This document shows, in pieces, positions 54,213 to 62,365 of a DNA stretch of 64,000 nucleotides. Each line of letters opens with the position of its first letter. The stretch's first letter is position 1. Where the stretch lies: assembly GCA_041649315.1 (NCBI GenBank), contig JBAZNJ010000003.1:38690-102689 (forward strand), read 5' to 3'. The translations under genes were made by a program, and so were the position numbers. The notes below the pieces were generated by a model that saw only the letters and a program-made list of their open reading frames with translations, did not search any database and had not been told where the DNA came from. This stretch comes from Patescibacteria group bacterium. Its GTDB lineage: Bacteria; Patescibacteriota; Patescibacteriia; Patescibacteriales; UBA12465.

Positions 54213-55400
54213 ATGCCTCAAGCATTTTATGCTCGTAAAATTTATCCAGAATTAAAAGAGCATTTAGAGAATAAACAAATTACCGTTTTGACTGGTATGC
54301 GTCGGACCGGCAAAACGACCTTAGTTCAACACTTATTGGCGGAAATTAAAAGTACCAATAAGGCTTTTTTTGATTTGCAGAAAATCAGTAATCAGGAATT
54401 GTGGTCGCAGAAGAATTTTGATAATATTATTTTGAATTTAGAGCGGCAGGGGCTTAATATTAAAGAAAAGATTTATTTAGGCTTGGATGAAATTCAATTA
54501 TTGCCGGAAGTAACCGGGGTTGTTAAATATCTTTATGATCATTATAATATCAAGTTTATTATTACCGGCTCCAGTTCCTATTATTTAAAAAATCTTTTTA
54601 CCGAATCTTTGTCCGGCCGAAAAAAAATATTTGAATTGTTTCCTTTAGACTTCGGAGAGTTCCTGGTTTTTAAAAATATTTCCGCCAGTTCGGTTGATTT
54701 TGCCGCGTCAGAATTTAATTCGACGGAATATGAAAGACTAAAAAATTTTTATGAAGAATATGTCAGATTTGGCGGGTTTCCGGAAGTAGTGTTGGCCGCC
54801 ACGGAGAGAATCAAGAAAGATTTGCTTCAGGATATTATCAGTTCTTATATTAATATTGATATTAAAATTTTGGCGGATTTCAAAGACAGCCGTAATTTAT
54901 ATAATCTAATAAAAATGCTGGCGCTGAGGACCGGCACGAAGTTGGATTACTCTAAAATTTCTCGTTTAATAGGTTTATCTCGCCAGACGGTTTTAAATTA
55001 TCTAGATCTTTTTGAAAAGACCTATTTAATTAATCGTGTTTCTATTTTCGCGAACAATCCCGACCGGGAAATCGTTAAGGCGCAAAAAATTTATTTTACC
55101 GATCCCGGATTCTTGGCGGTTCTAGGTGAAGTGAGCGGCGGCGCGAAATTTGAAAATGCGGTTTACGCGCAATTGGCGCGGCAGGGCGAGGTCCGTTACT
55201 ATTCTCTAAAAACCGGCCGGGAAATAGATTTTATTTTTGATAATAATTTAGCGTTAGAGGTTAAAGAAACGCCGGCCGTCGATGATTTGAAAGAACTTTC
55301 TGATTTAGCGGTTAAATCCGGAGTGAAAAAATATCGTTTAATCGGCCGTCATCCGGCTATTAAATTTTCTGATTATATTTGGGGCGGAGATATTAGATAA
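54213..55400 (+). CDS. AAA ATPase with C-terminal DUF4143-type domain (COG1373-like), copy 1
   Basis: Walker A GMRRTGKTT, Walker B LGLDEIQ, ITGSSS, and a wHTH-like middle (LIGLSRQTVLNYLDLFEKTYL). The tail is KIYFTDPGF...EIDFI...LEVK, a PD-(D/E)xK-like pattern. Confidence 0.8.
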   Translation: MPQAFYARKIYPELKEHLENKQITVLTGMRRTGKTTLVQHLLAEIKSTNKAFFDLQKISNQELWSQKNFDNIILNLERQGLNIKEKIYLGLDEIQLLPEVTGVVKYLYDHYNIKFIITGSSSYYLKNLFTESLSGRKKIFELFPLDFGEFLVFKNISASSVDFAASEFNSTEYERLKNFYEEYVRFGGFPEVVLAATERIKKDLLQDIISSYINIDIKILADFKDSRNLYNLIKMLALRTGTKLDYSKISRLIGLSRQTVLNYLDLFEKTYLINRVSIFANNPDREIVKAQKIYFTDPGFLAVLGEVSGGAKFENAVYAQLARQGEVRYYSLKTGREIDFIFDNNLALEVKETPAVDDLKELSDLAVKSGVKKYRLIGRHPAIKFSDYIWGGDIR

Positions 55401-55422
55401 AAAACGGAGACATTATAAATTT

Positions 55423-55992
55423 ATGCGCGTCATGGTCTTTGGTACTTTTGATAATTTTCATCCCGGCCATCAGGATTATTTCCGGCAGGCCCGGCGTTTC
55501 GGTGAGAAGGCGGCGAAGCGTTTTGCGGCTAAGGGCGCCGAGGCTAGCCGTGAAGCGATTAAAAAAGCCGAGGCAAACGCCGCGATGGAATTAATCGCCG
55601 TTGTGGCGCGCGATCAGAATGTTTTGCGAATAAAAGGACGCTTACCGCATGAACACGAGACGCGGCGAATTAAGAAAGTGCGAATGGCTTTGAAAGATAT
55701 TATGGAAGAAGGAGTCGTTGAGTCGCAACGCACGCGAAAATCGCTTTCCGGCCGAGCAGACACCGCTGGCCAATCCGTTTTCCGCGCTCGCGCGGTTTTA
55801 GGCGCGATTAAAAATCAATGGGCGGTTTTAGAAAAATATCGGCCGGAAATAATTTGCCTCGGTTATGATCAAAAAGTGGACATGAAACGGCTGAAAAGCG
55901 AAATTGCTAAATCCTGTCTAGGGTGTAAAATAAAAAGAATGAGGGCCTATTATCCGAAGAAATATAAGTCGAGTTATTGTCTAAACACCTAA
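55423..55992 (+). CDS. Cytidylyltransferase-fold nucleotidyltransferase, archaeal RibL-like (FMN adenylyltransferase candidate) with two Ala/Arg-rich insertions
   Basis: VFGTFDNFHPGHQDY (the HxGH motif), ELIAVVARDQNVLRIKGRLPHEHETRR, and RPEIICLGYDQ are colinear with RibL-type FAD synthases as I recall them. The insertions are EKAAKRFAAKGAEASREAIKKAEANAA and EEGVVESQRTRKSLSGRADTAGQSVFRARA. Confidence 0.55.
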   Translation: MRVMVFGTFDNFHPGHQDYFRQARRFGEKAAKRFAAKGAEASREAIKKAEANAAMELIAVVARDQNVLRIKGRLPHEHETRRIKKVRMALKDIMEEGVVESQRTRKSLSGRADTAGQSVFRARAVLGAIKNQWAVLEKYRPEIICLGYDQKVDMKRLKSEIAKSCLGCKIKRMRAYYPKKYKSSYCLNT

Positions 55993-56058
55993 CCCCGGTT
56001 GTTTTAGTAGGGTCGTCTGGCAGAACTAATATTTAGTAGAGCCAATAATTAATTAGTT

Positions 56059-57609
56059 ATGGCTAAAAAGAAAAAACAAAAAATCTGGCGGAAAAATTTT
56101 TCTATCCAGAATACTCATTATCAGATGGCGACTCCGGCAATTTTGGATTTTATGATTTATCAGCCGCAAGTTTTTAAGGGAATTTTAAAAGAATGTGTCT
56201 GGATTCAAGAAGGCGATGATAATATTGGTAGTTATTTCCCGATATCCGATTTGCGCCGGATAGTGGAACGGGCGATTTTAACTATTAAAAACAAACCGGC
56301 ATTAATTGATAAAATACATCGGGAGACGATTTTGTATGTCAAAGATTATTCCCGATATGCCAGGAGTTTATTAAAGATGGATTTAAGCCAGTTTAATAAT
56401 AAGAAATTGGCGAAAATATACGACCGATTATTATATTTTCAGATAATCCATCACGCTTGGTCTATTGCGACAACCTGGTTTGTTGATTCTGACGGCGAAG
56501 ATTTCTCTAAGTTATTATTAAAAAAAGCAGAAGCCATCGTTGCCGGTAGTAATTATCAGGCGGTTGATGTTTTTAGTACGCTTACTACTCCCGCCCGCCC
56601 AAGCCAAGCAATTATAGAGGAATTAGCCGCCTGGAAGATTGTCCGGGAAATTAAAGCAGATAGGCGAGCGGCGGCGGTTTTCCGCCGAAATGATACCGCG
56701 AGTATTGAGGCGGGAATAGGCTCCTTGCCGCCGGCTTTAAAAAGAAAAATTTTAAATCATTTTAAAAATTGGCGCTGGCAGCCCTTTACTTATGCCGGGC
56801 CGGCTTATGATTTAGATTATTATTTAGCTTTATGGGCGGGCTGGATTAAGGAGAGGATAGATCCAAAGAAAAAAATTAATGAATTAAAAAATTATTCTTT
56901 AAAAGTTAAAGAGAAAAGGCGGGAGATTATTAAAAATTTAAAAATAAACGCAGCTGATCGTAAATTATTTAAAATCGCCGCGGATATAATTTTTCTTAAA
57001 GCTTATCGCAAAGATGCGGTTTTTTTCGGTATGTATGTTTTAGATAAATTATTAAGAGAAATTGGTGGGCGCTTGGGGTTATCAATTAAGCAAGTTCGGA
57101 TGATTGCCTATTGGGAAATACTGCCGGCCTTGTATCGCGGTTATTTTCCGGCAGATATTTTGAATGATCGAAGAAAATTTAGTGTCTATTATCAGAAAGG
57201 CAAAAATGGGATTATCTATACTGGTGCGCCGGCCAAGAAATTTTTAGCCGGTTTGAATATTGAGAAAGAAATTGTCAAAAAAACTTCCATTATTATCGGC
57301 ACCGTCGTCTGTCCTGGTGAAGCTAAAGGACGAGTGAAGATTATTAATTTGCCGGAAGAGATAGGGAAAATGAATAAAGGCGATATTATGGTCGCACATA
57401 CGACTTTCCCATCTCTTGTTCCGGCCATGAAAAAGGCGGCGGCGATTATCACTGATGACGGCGGTATTACTTGCCATGCGGCGATAGTTTCCCGGGAGTT
57501 AAAAACTCCTTGCGTGGTTGGCACGAAAATCGCCACTAAAATTTTAAAAGACGGTGATTTGGTTGAGGTTGATGCGGATAGGGGGATTGTAAAAATTGTT
57601 AAAAGATAA
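56059..57609 (+). CDS. Swivel (PEP-utilizing enzyme mobile) phosphohistidine-domain protein, paralog 1; unknown ~400-aa N-terminal domain
   Basis: The C-terminus is GTVVCPGEAKGRVKII...GDIMVAHTTFPSLVPAMKKAAAIITDDGGITCHAAIVSRELKTPCVVGTKIATKILKDGDLVEVDADRGIV. No ATP-grasp or PEP-binding TIM-barrel motifs were seen. Confidence 0.75.
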   Translation: MAKKKKQKIWRKNFSIQNTHYQMATPAILDFMIYQPQVFKGILKECVWIQEGDDNIGSYFPISDLRRIVERAILTIKNKPALIDKIHRETILYVKDYSRYARSLLKMDLSQFNNKKLAKIYDRLLYFQIIHHAWSIATTWFVDSDGEDFSKLLLKKAEAIVAGSNYQAVDVFSTLTTPARPSQAIIEELAAWKIVREIKADRRAAAVFRRNDTASIEAGIGSLPPALKRKILNHFKNWRWQPFTYAGPAYDLDYYLALWAGWIKERIDPKKKINELKNYSLKVKEKRREIIKNLKINAADRKLFKIAADIIFLKAYRKDAVFFGMYVLDKLLREIGGRLGLSIKQVRMIAYWEILPALYRGYFPADILNDRRKFSVYYQKGKNGIIYTGAPAKKFLAGLNIEKEIVKKTSIIIGTVVCPGEAKGRVKIINLPEEIGKMNKGDIMVAHTTFPSLVPAMKKAAAIITDDGGITCHAAIVSRELKTPCVVGTKIATKILKDGDLVEVDADRGIVKIVKR

Positions 57610-57611
57610 AT

Positions 57612-58994
57612 ATGGCTAAATACTCTTTATTAAATCATGATATTGATACTTCATTTTTGAATATTGAAACTACTTGGGCCGGAATGCGCAGTCCGCTTTT
57701 AAAGAAACAAGTCGGTTATTTTGTGCCGGATTCTTTATGCGAAATTATTAAAGGTTCCACTTTGAATTATTATCAGAACGAACGACAGGCTAAAATATTT
57801 TCTCATGCTTGCGCTCATCAGGTTTTAAATAATACCCGTTTATTATCTACTATCAAGAAAAAAGCTTCTCTTCAGGCGACAGCCACCTTGCATTTAGCGG
57901 CTAGGAATTTTCCACTTAAGCGTTTAACCGACGAGGAACTAATTGTTTTTCTTAAAAAGAGCCGTAAGTTGCAGATGGAGATGGCGGCTTGGGGTATGGC
58001 CGTCGCTTTTGCTGATGTATATGGAGAAATTTCGAATCAAGTTTCTAAAATATTATCAAAGCGTAAAAATTTAAAATACCCAGTTAGCGTTTATCTTGAT
58101 ATTCTAGCTAACCCCACAAAATCAAGTTTGACCGCGCGAGCGTATCAAGAAATATGTTCGTCAAAAGATAATAAGTATTTACAGAAAAAATATTTTTGGC
58201 TTGATCAGGGATATATTGGGCGAGGATTGAGTGAGGCTCAAATAAAAAATATTCGCCGCCATCATAAAATCAGTCCGGCTTCATATAACGTTAGTAAGGC
58301 GGTATTATTAAGAGAACTTAATTTATCGCCTGATGAAAAAAGAATATTTGAAGTAGCGTCCGATTTAGTATTCATAAAATCTTTGCGAGCCGATTCTCGC
58401 CAGGCGATTTATGTTGTCGTCAGTAATATTGTTGATTTGTTGGCTAAGCGTTGGCGAGTTTCGGCCAGTAAATTGGAAGTATTATCAACTAAAGAATTAG
58501 TATCAGCCATCAAAAATAATAATATCAACGCCGACTCCTTGCTCATGCGTTGGAACCATAGTTTAGTGATTCCTAAATCAGTTAATAATTATTTGGTGAT
58601 TAGCGGCGCGGAAGTTGGAGGAATGTTAAAGAACTATATTGGTGTAAAAAATGAAAAAATTTTTGATTCCGCGGAGATCAAAGGTCAAATCGCTCAACCT
58701 GGCAAAGCAAGGGGAATTGTAAGATTAATTTTTGGTTCTCAGCATAATTCTCGTGTCAAGAAAGGCGATATTTTGGTTTCTATATCAACCAGTCCTCAAC
58801 TTTTGCCGGCGATGAAGCTGGCGGACGCTTTTGTGACTGATGTCGGCGGCGTCACTTCGCATGCCGCTATCGTCGCTCGGGAGCTTAAAAAACCTTGTAT
58901 CGTCGGTACGCGCAACGCCACTAAAATTTTAAAAGACGGCGATTTAGTGGAGGTGGACGCGGAGAAGGGGGTAGTTAAGAGAATAAAAAAGTAA
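57612..58994 (+). CDS. Swivel phosphohistidine-domain protein, paralog 2
   Basis: It starts 2 nt after paralog 1. The C-terminus is GQIAQPGKARGIVRLI...GDILVSISTSPQLLPAMKLADAFVTDVGGVTSHAAIVARELKKPCIVGTRNATKILKDGDLVEVDAEKGVV. Confidence 0.75.
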   Translation: MAKYSLLNHDIDTSFLNIETTWAGMRSPLLKKQVGYFVPDSLCEIIKGSTLNYYQNERQAKIFSHACAHQVLNNTRLLSTIKKKASLQATATLHLAARNFPLKRLTDEELIVFLKKSRKLQMEMAAWGMAVAFADVYGEISNQVSKILSKRKNLKYPVSVYLDILANPTKSSLTARAYQEICSSKDNKYLQKKYFWLDQGYIGRGLSEAQIKNIRRHHKISPASYNVSKAVLLRELNLSPDEKRIFEVASDLVFIKSLRADSRQAIYVVVSNIVDLLAKRWRVSASKLEVLSTKELVSAIKNNNINADSLLMRWNHSLVIPKSVNNYLVISGAEVGGMLKNYIGVKNEKIFDSAEIKGQIAQPGKARGIVRLIFGSQHNSRVKKGDILVSISTSPQLLPAMKLADAFVTDVGGVTSHAAIVARELKKPCIVGTRNATKILKDGDLVEVDAEKGVVKRIKK

Positions 58995-59082
58995 AATATG
59001 TTTGTCGCTTTGCGCCAAACATATTATCTGCGCTCGCTCGGAAAAGAAAATAAATTTTCTTTTCGCTCACTCGCTTGATAAT

Positions 59083-59104
59083 AAAAACCCCCTGTTCGGG
59101 GGGA
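59083..59104 (-). terminator. Intrinsic terminator read on the minus strand
   Basis: The minus strand reads CCCCC-GAACA-GGGGG followed by TTTTTAT. On the plus strand the C-run is 59088-59092, the G-run is 59098-59103, and the A-run is 59083-59087. Confidence 0.55.
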
Positions 59105-59179
59105 ATTTATTGTCTTACAGGCAACATGATGAGCTTTGACAACTGTAATTAATATAGCATTGTTATTTTTTGTGGTCAA
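59083..59179 (-). ncRNA. Candidate ~60-nt small RNA with its own promoter and terminator
   Basis: A minus-strand promoter reads TTGACC (plus 59174-59179), 17 nt, TATATT (plus 59151-59156). The predicted transcript runs from ~59144 down to ~59083 and ends in the CCCCC/GGGGG terminator. It contains GUUGUCAAA, complementary to UUUGACAAC in the neighbouring tRNA-like element. Confidence 0.3.
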
Positions 59180-59227
59180 GGTTTTAAATTTAGTTTTAAG
59201 ATTAGCCCCTATTGAAGCTAGCCACTG

Positions 59228-59295
59228 TGGACCCGCGGGGGATCGAACCCCGAAGACGAAGTTGTCAAAACTCGTCACGCTACCTGGCCGGGCCC
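59228..59295 (-). tRNA. tRNA-like element / degenerate tRNA (canonical acceptor and T-arm; no D-stem and no 7-nt anticodon loop)
   Basis: The minus strand has the acceptor GGGCCCG/CGGGTCC plus discriminator A, and a T-arm CGGGG-TTCGATC-CCCCG (GGTTCGATCC at plus 59240-59249). The D region is reduced to GCCAGGTAGCGT. The anticodon position is occupied by a closed hairpin, GACGAGTTT-TGAC-AAACTTCGTC-like. The terminal stem extends to 12 bp (59224-59300). No CCA is encoded, and the length is 68 nt. Confidence 0.45.
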
Positions 59296-59350
59296 ACAGC
59301 AAATTAATAATAGCAAAAGCGAGATGAAGAAAAGATAAAGTTTAATATTT

Positions 59351-60868
59351 ATGAATAAATTAAAAAATTTAAGACCCAAGCATTTAAATAGTAAGGATGA
59401 TTCCTGGATGTTGGCCGAAGATATTCCGGATTTAGATTTCCATTTTTCTCAGATTTGGCTGTCAGCTTTTGTTAATGATTTACAGAAAACCGTCGGGCGA
59501 AATTATAAGAAAGTATTAGCTATATATCATGGCGATGACTTGAAATTTTATTATGGCTCTAAGGATAGCGATGATTTTGCCCGGCATATTTTATCGCTTA
59601 TAGTTGCTGATCCGGCTTTCGGCGAAAAAATAAATCAGGAAATACGCCATTATTCCGTTAAGCTTAAAAAAGCCGCCGCTTCTTTAAATCCCGCCGGCTT
59701 AGCCTCTTTAAGTAATAAAAAATTAGTTTCTTTATATTTAGAGTTAGATAAATTGCATACGACTCTCTATTCTTGGGGTTGGCTACCGAATGCCGTGGAC
59801 ATGTTTCATGAAAATTTTACCGGATATTTAAGAAATGAATTAGCTAAATTAGTAAAGGCGAATAAGATTAGTGAGGTTTTAGTCGCCTTAAGCTCTTCTC
59901 CTAAAAAAAGCGTTATTGACGAGGAACAAGATTCATTTTTAAATTTAGTTAAATTAAAGCAAGCCGGTAAAGATAAGTTTTTTGAAAGTGCCCTTAAAAG
60001 GCATACAGCTAAATATTTTTATCTCAAGCATCTTTGGCTCGGCAAAGACGGCGTTTATGATGAAAAGTACTATTTATCGGAAATAAAATCTTTTATTGCT
60101 TCCGGGCAGAAGGCAGTCGAGTTTATTAAGTATAAAGAAAAACAGCGTCGTTTAATTTTAAAAAAACGCTCGGCTTTTATTAAAAAATTTAAAATAAAAG
60201 GGAAGCTTCTGAAAATTTTTAATATTTACGCCGAGTTTTCTGTTACCAAGGCCTTCCGTCGCGATGCTCAATTGCTTTGGGCTTATAAAATGGATTTTTT
60301 CTTTGCCGAACTTAGCCGGCGCCTGCGTTTGCCGCTTCGGCAATGTCGTTTTATTTTGCCGACCGAAATAGTCGCTGCTTTACGGAAAGGGAAGATTGAT
60401 AAAAGCAAGGCGGCGGAAGTTAAAGCGCGGTCAAAAGCCTGTGTTTATTATGGCGAGAAAAATGTTGAAGTAGTTGAAATCGGAGCGGCTGTAAAAAGAT
60501 GGGAGAAGCGGGTGACGCAGGAGGTAAATATTGATTTGCAAGAAATTAAGGGCCAGCCGGCTTGTTTAGGGCGGGCGACTGGCATTGTTCGGATTGTTAA
60601 TTCGCCGGCGGAGATGAAGAAGCTTAAAGCCGGCGATATTTTGGTAAGCATTGCGACTAATCCGGATATTGTTCCGGCCATGAAAATTGCCGGCGCTATC
60701 GTTACCGAGCAGGGCGGTATAACTTCTCATGCGGCCATTGTTTCGCGCGAGCTTAATATCCCCTGCATCATCGGCACCAAAATCGCCACACAGGTTTTGA
60801 AAGACGGGGATTTGGTTGAGGTGGATGCGGAGAAGGGGGTGGTGATGATTATTAAAAAGAAAAAATAA
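59351..60868 (+). CDS. Swivel phosphohistidine-domain protein, paralog 3
   Basis: The C-terminus is GQPACLGRATGIVRIV...GDILVSIATNPDIVPAMKIAGAIVTEQGGITSHAAIVSRELNIPCIIGTKIATQVLKDGDLVEVDAEKGVV. Confidence 0.75.
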   Translation: MNKLKNLRPKHLNSKDDSWMLAEDIPDLDFHFSQIWLSAFVNDLQKTVGRNYKKVLAIYHGDDLKFYYGSKDSDDFARHILSLIVADPAFGEKINQEIRHYSVKLKKAAASLNPAGLASLSNKKLVSLYLELDKLHTTLYSWGWLPNAVDMFHENFTGYLRNELAKLVKANKISEVLVALSSSPKKSVIDEEQDSFLNLVKLKQAGKDKFFESALKRHTAKYFYLKHLWLGKDGVYDEKYYLSEIKSFIASGQKAVEFIKYKEKQRRLILKKRSAFIKKFKIKGKLLKIFNIYAEFSVTKAFRRDAQLLWAYKMDFFFAELSRRLRLPLRQCRFILPTEIVAALRKGKIDKSKAAEVKARSKACVYYGEKNVEVVEIGAAVKRWEKRVTQEVNIDLQEIKGQPACLGRATGIVRIVNSPAEMKKLKAGDILVSIATNPDIVPAMKIAGAIVTEQGGITSHAAIVSRELNIPCIIGTKIATQVLKDGDLVEVDAEKGVVMIIKKKK

Positions 60869-61086
60869 ATAAGAAAAATACATTTTAATGCCGCCTAAAC
60901 ATCAATATTAGGCATTAAAACTGCTGTTTGAGCTATAATATCGCATAAAATTGACTTTTTAGCATCCAAAATTTAGTTATCTCTAATATTAGCTAAATTT
61001 ATGTTATACTTTACAAAATATACTATCATTTTGTAAAGTTGACTTTACAGAATGTAAGATCGGCGGACTAAATCTCTTGACATTAA

Positions 61087-61164
61087 AACAGCAATATTAT
61101 ATACTAATATTGATGTTAGAACAGCAGTATTATACACTAAAATTGCTGTTTTAAATAATCCTAT
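61087..61164 (+). promoter_or_regulatory. Tandemly duplicated promoter (33-nt period) plus inverted copy, upstream of AAA ATPase gene 2
   Basis: P1 is TTGACA (61087-61092), 17 nt, TATACT (61110-61115). P2 is TTGATG (61120-61125), 17 nt, TACACT (61143-61148). The 25-nt repeats at 61093-61117 and 61126-61150 match at 22/25. An inverted copy, AATTGCTGTTTTAA, lies at 61151-61164. Confidence 0.55.
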
Positions 61165-61218
61165 TTTAGTAAATATTTAGCTAACTTATTCTATTATTAG
61201 CCAAATAATTTTGTTTTT

Positions 61219-62355
61219 ATGGATAAAAAAGTAATTAAAAGAGATATTCAAGGAAATATTGAAAATTGGCTTTTTAAAGGTAAGGTCATTATTCTTTATG
61301 GCGCCCGGCAGGTCGGAAAAACGACTTTAGCGAAAGAATTATTGCAAAAATATGGGAGAGAAGAAGCTTATTTTAATTGTGAAATAATGAGTGTGCGTCA
61401 GGCTTTAGAAAAAGAGGACCCGGCGGCGTTGCGGCGGTTTCTGGGCGACGGGAAGTTTTTTGTCTTTGATGAAGCGCAGAAGATAAAAAATATCGGTTTG
61501 GTTTTAAAGCTCTTAATTGATTCTTTCCCGGATTTACAGATTATTGCTACCGGTTCTTCGTCTTTTGATTTGGCAAATCAGGTTAATGAACCTTTGACCG
61601 GCCGGGCTTTAGAATTTACTTTATATCCTTTTTCCTGGCGGGAACTTAGAAGATTAGATAAACCCCATGAAGCTGATAGTCGTCTTAAACAATCTTTAAT
61701 TTTCGGATCCTATCCGGAAATCGCTCAGAGCGGACAGTCGGAGGCGCGCCAGTTATTGGACAATCTCGGCACAAAATATCTTTATAAAGATATTTTAACT
61801 TTTGATCGGGTACAGAAATCAAGCTTACTAATCTCCTTACTCCAGCTCCTGGCCTTGCAAATCGGTCAGGAAGTTTCTATTAACGAACTGGCCAATACAT
61901 TACGCTGTAATCGCGATACGGTTGTTAATTATTTAGATATTTTAGAAAAATCTTTTATTATTTTCCGTTTACGCGCCTATAGCCGCAATCCGCGCAAGGA
62001 AATTTCTAAAAAACAGAAGATTTATTTTGTGGACCTCGGCATTAGAAATAGTATTATTAGTCGTTATAACGAATTAGCCGTTCGTGATGATATCGGCGCG
62101 CTTTGGGAAAATTTTTGCGTGAGCGAGCGCTTTAAGAAACTGCAGGCCGAAGACATTTCCTGCCAGAGATATTTTTGGCGGACCCTAACTCGAAAAGAAG
62201 TTGATTATGTGGAGGAATATGACGACCGCTTGGATGGCTATGAGTTTAAATGGACCAAAGAAAAAATGACTCGTCCTAAAGAATTTTTAGCTTATAAGAA
62301 TAGCCGGATTATTTTAGTCAATCGCCTTAATTATCAGGAGGAGTTTTTGAGTTAA
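61219..62355 (+). CDS. AAA ATPase with C-terminal DUF4143-type domain (COG1373-like), copy 2
   Basis: Walker A GARQVGKTT, Walker B FVFDEAQ, ATGSSS, and the wHTH-like LRCNRDTVVNYLDILEKSFI. The tail is KIYFVDLGI...EVDYV. It is a paralog of 54213-55400. Confidence 0.8.
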   Translation: MDKKVIKRDIQGNIENWLFKGKVIILYGARQVGKTTLAKELLQKYGREEAYFNCEIMSVRQALEKEDPAALRRFLGDGKFFVFDEAQKIKNIGLVLKLLIDSFPDLQIIATGSSSFDLANQVNEPLTGRALEFTLYPFSWRELRRLDKPHEADSRLKQSLIFGSYPEIAQSGQSEARQLLDNLGTKYLYKDILTFDRVQKSSLLISLLQLLALQIGQEVSINELANTLRCNRDTVVNYLDILEKSFIIFRLRAYSRNPRKEISKKQKIYFVDLGIRNSIISRYNELAVRDDIGALWENFCVSERFKKLQAEDISCQRYFWRTLTRKEVDYVEEYDDRLDGYEFKWTKEKMTRPKEFLAYKNSRIILVNRLNYQEEFLS

Positions 62356-62365
62356 TAGTAATTTT

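Noticed and set aside
54002-59297. GGGCCCAC shared between 54002-54009 and the tRNA-like 5' end (59290-59297) as att-type direct repeats of an island
   Set aside because: It is only 8 nt, about one chance occurrence per strand in 64 kb. It involves the 5' rather than the 3' part of the tRNA-like element, and no integrase is present.
59024-59302. 92-aa minus-strand ORF spanning the non-coding gap
   Set aside because: It reads straight through three hairpins, a terminator and the tRNA-like element, and its composition is implausible. The RNA and structure signals explain the region better.
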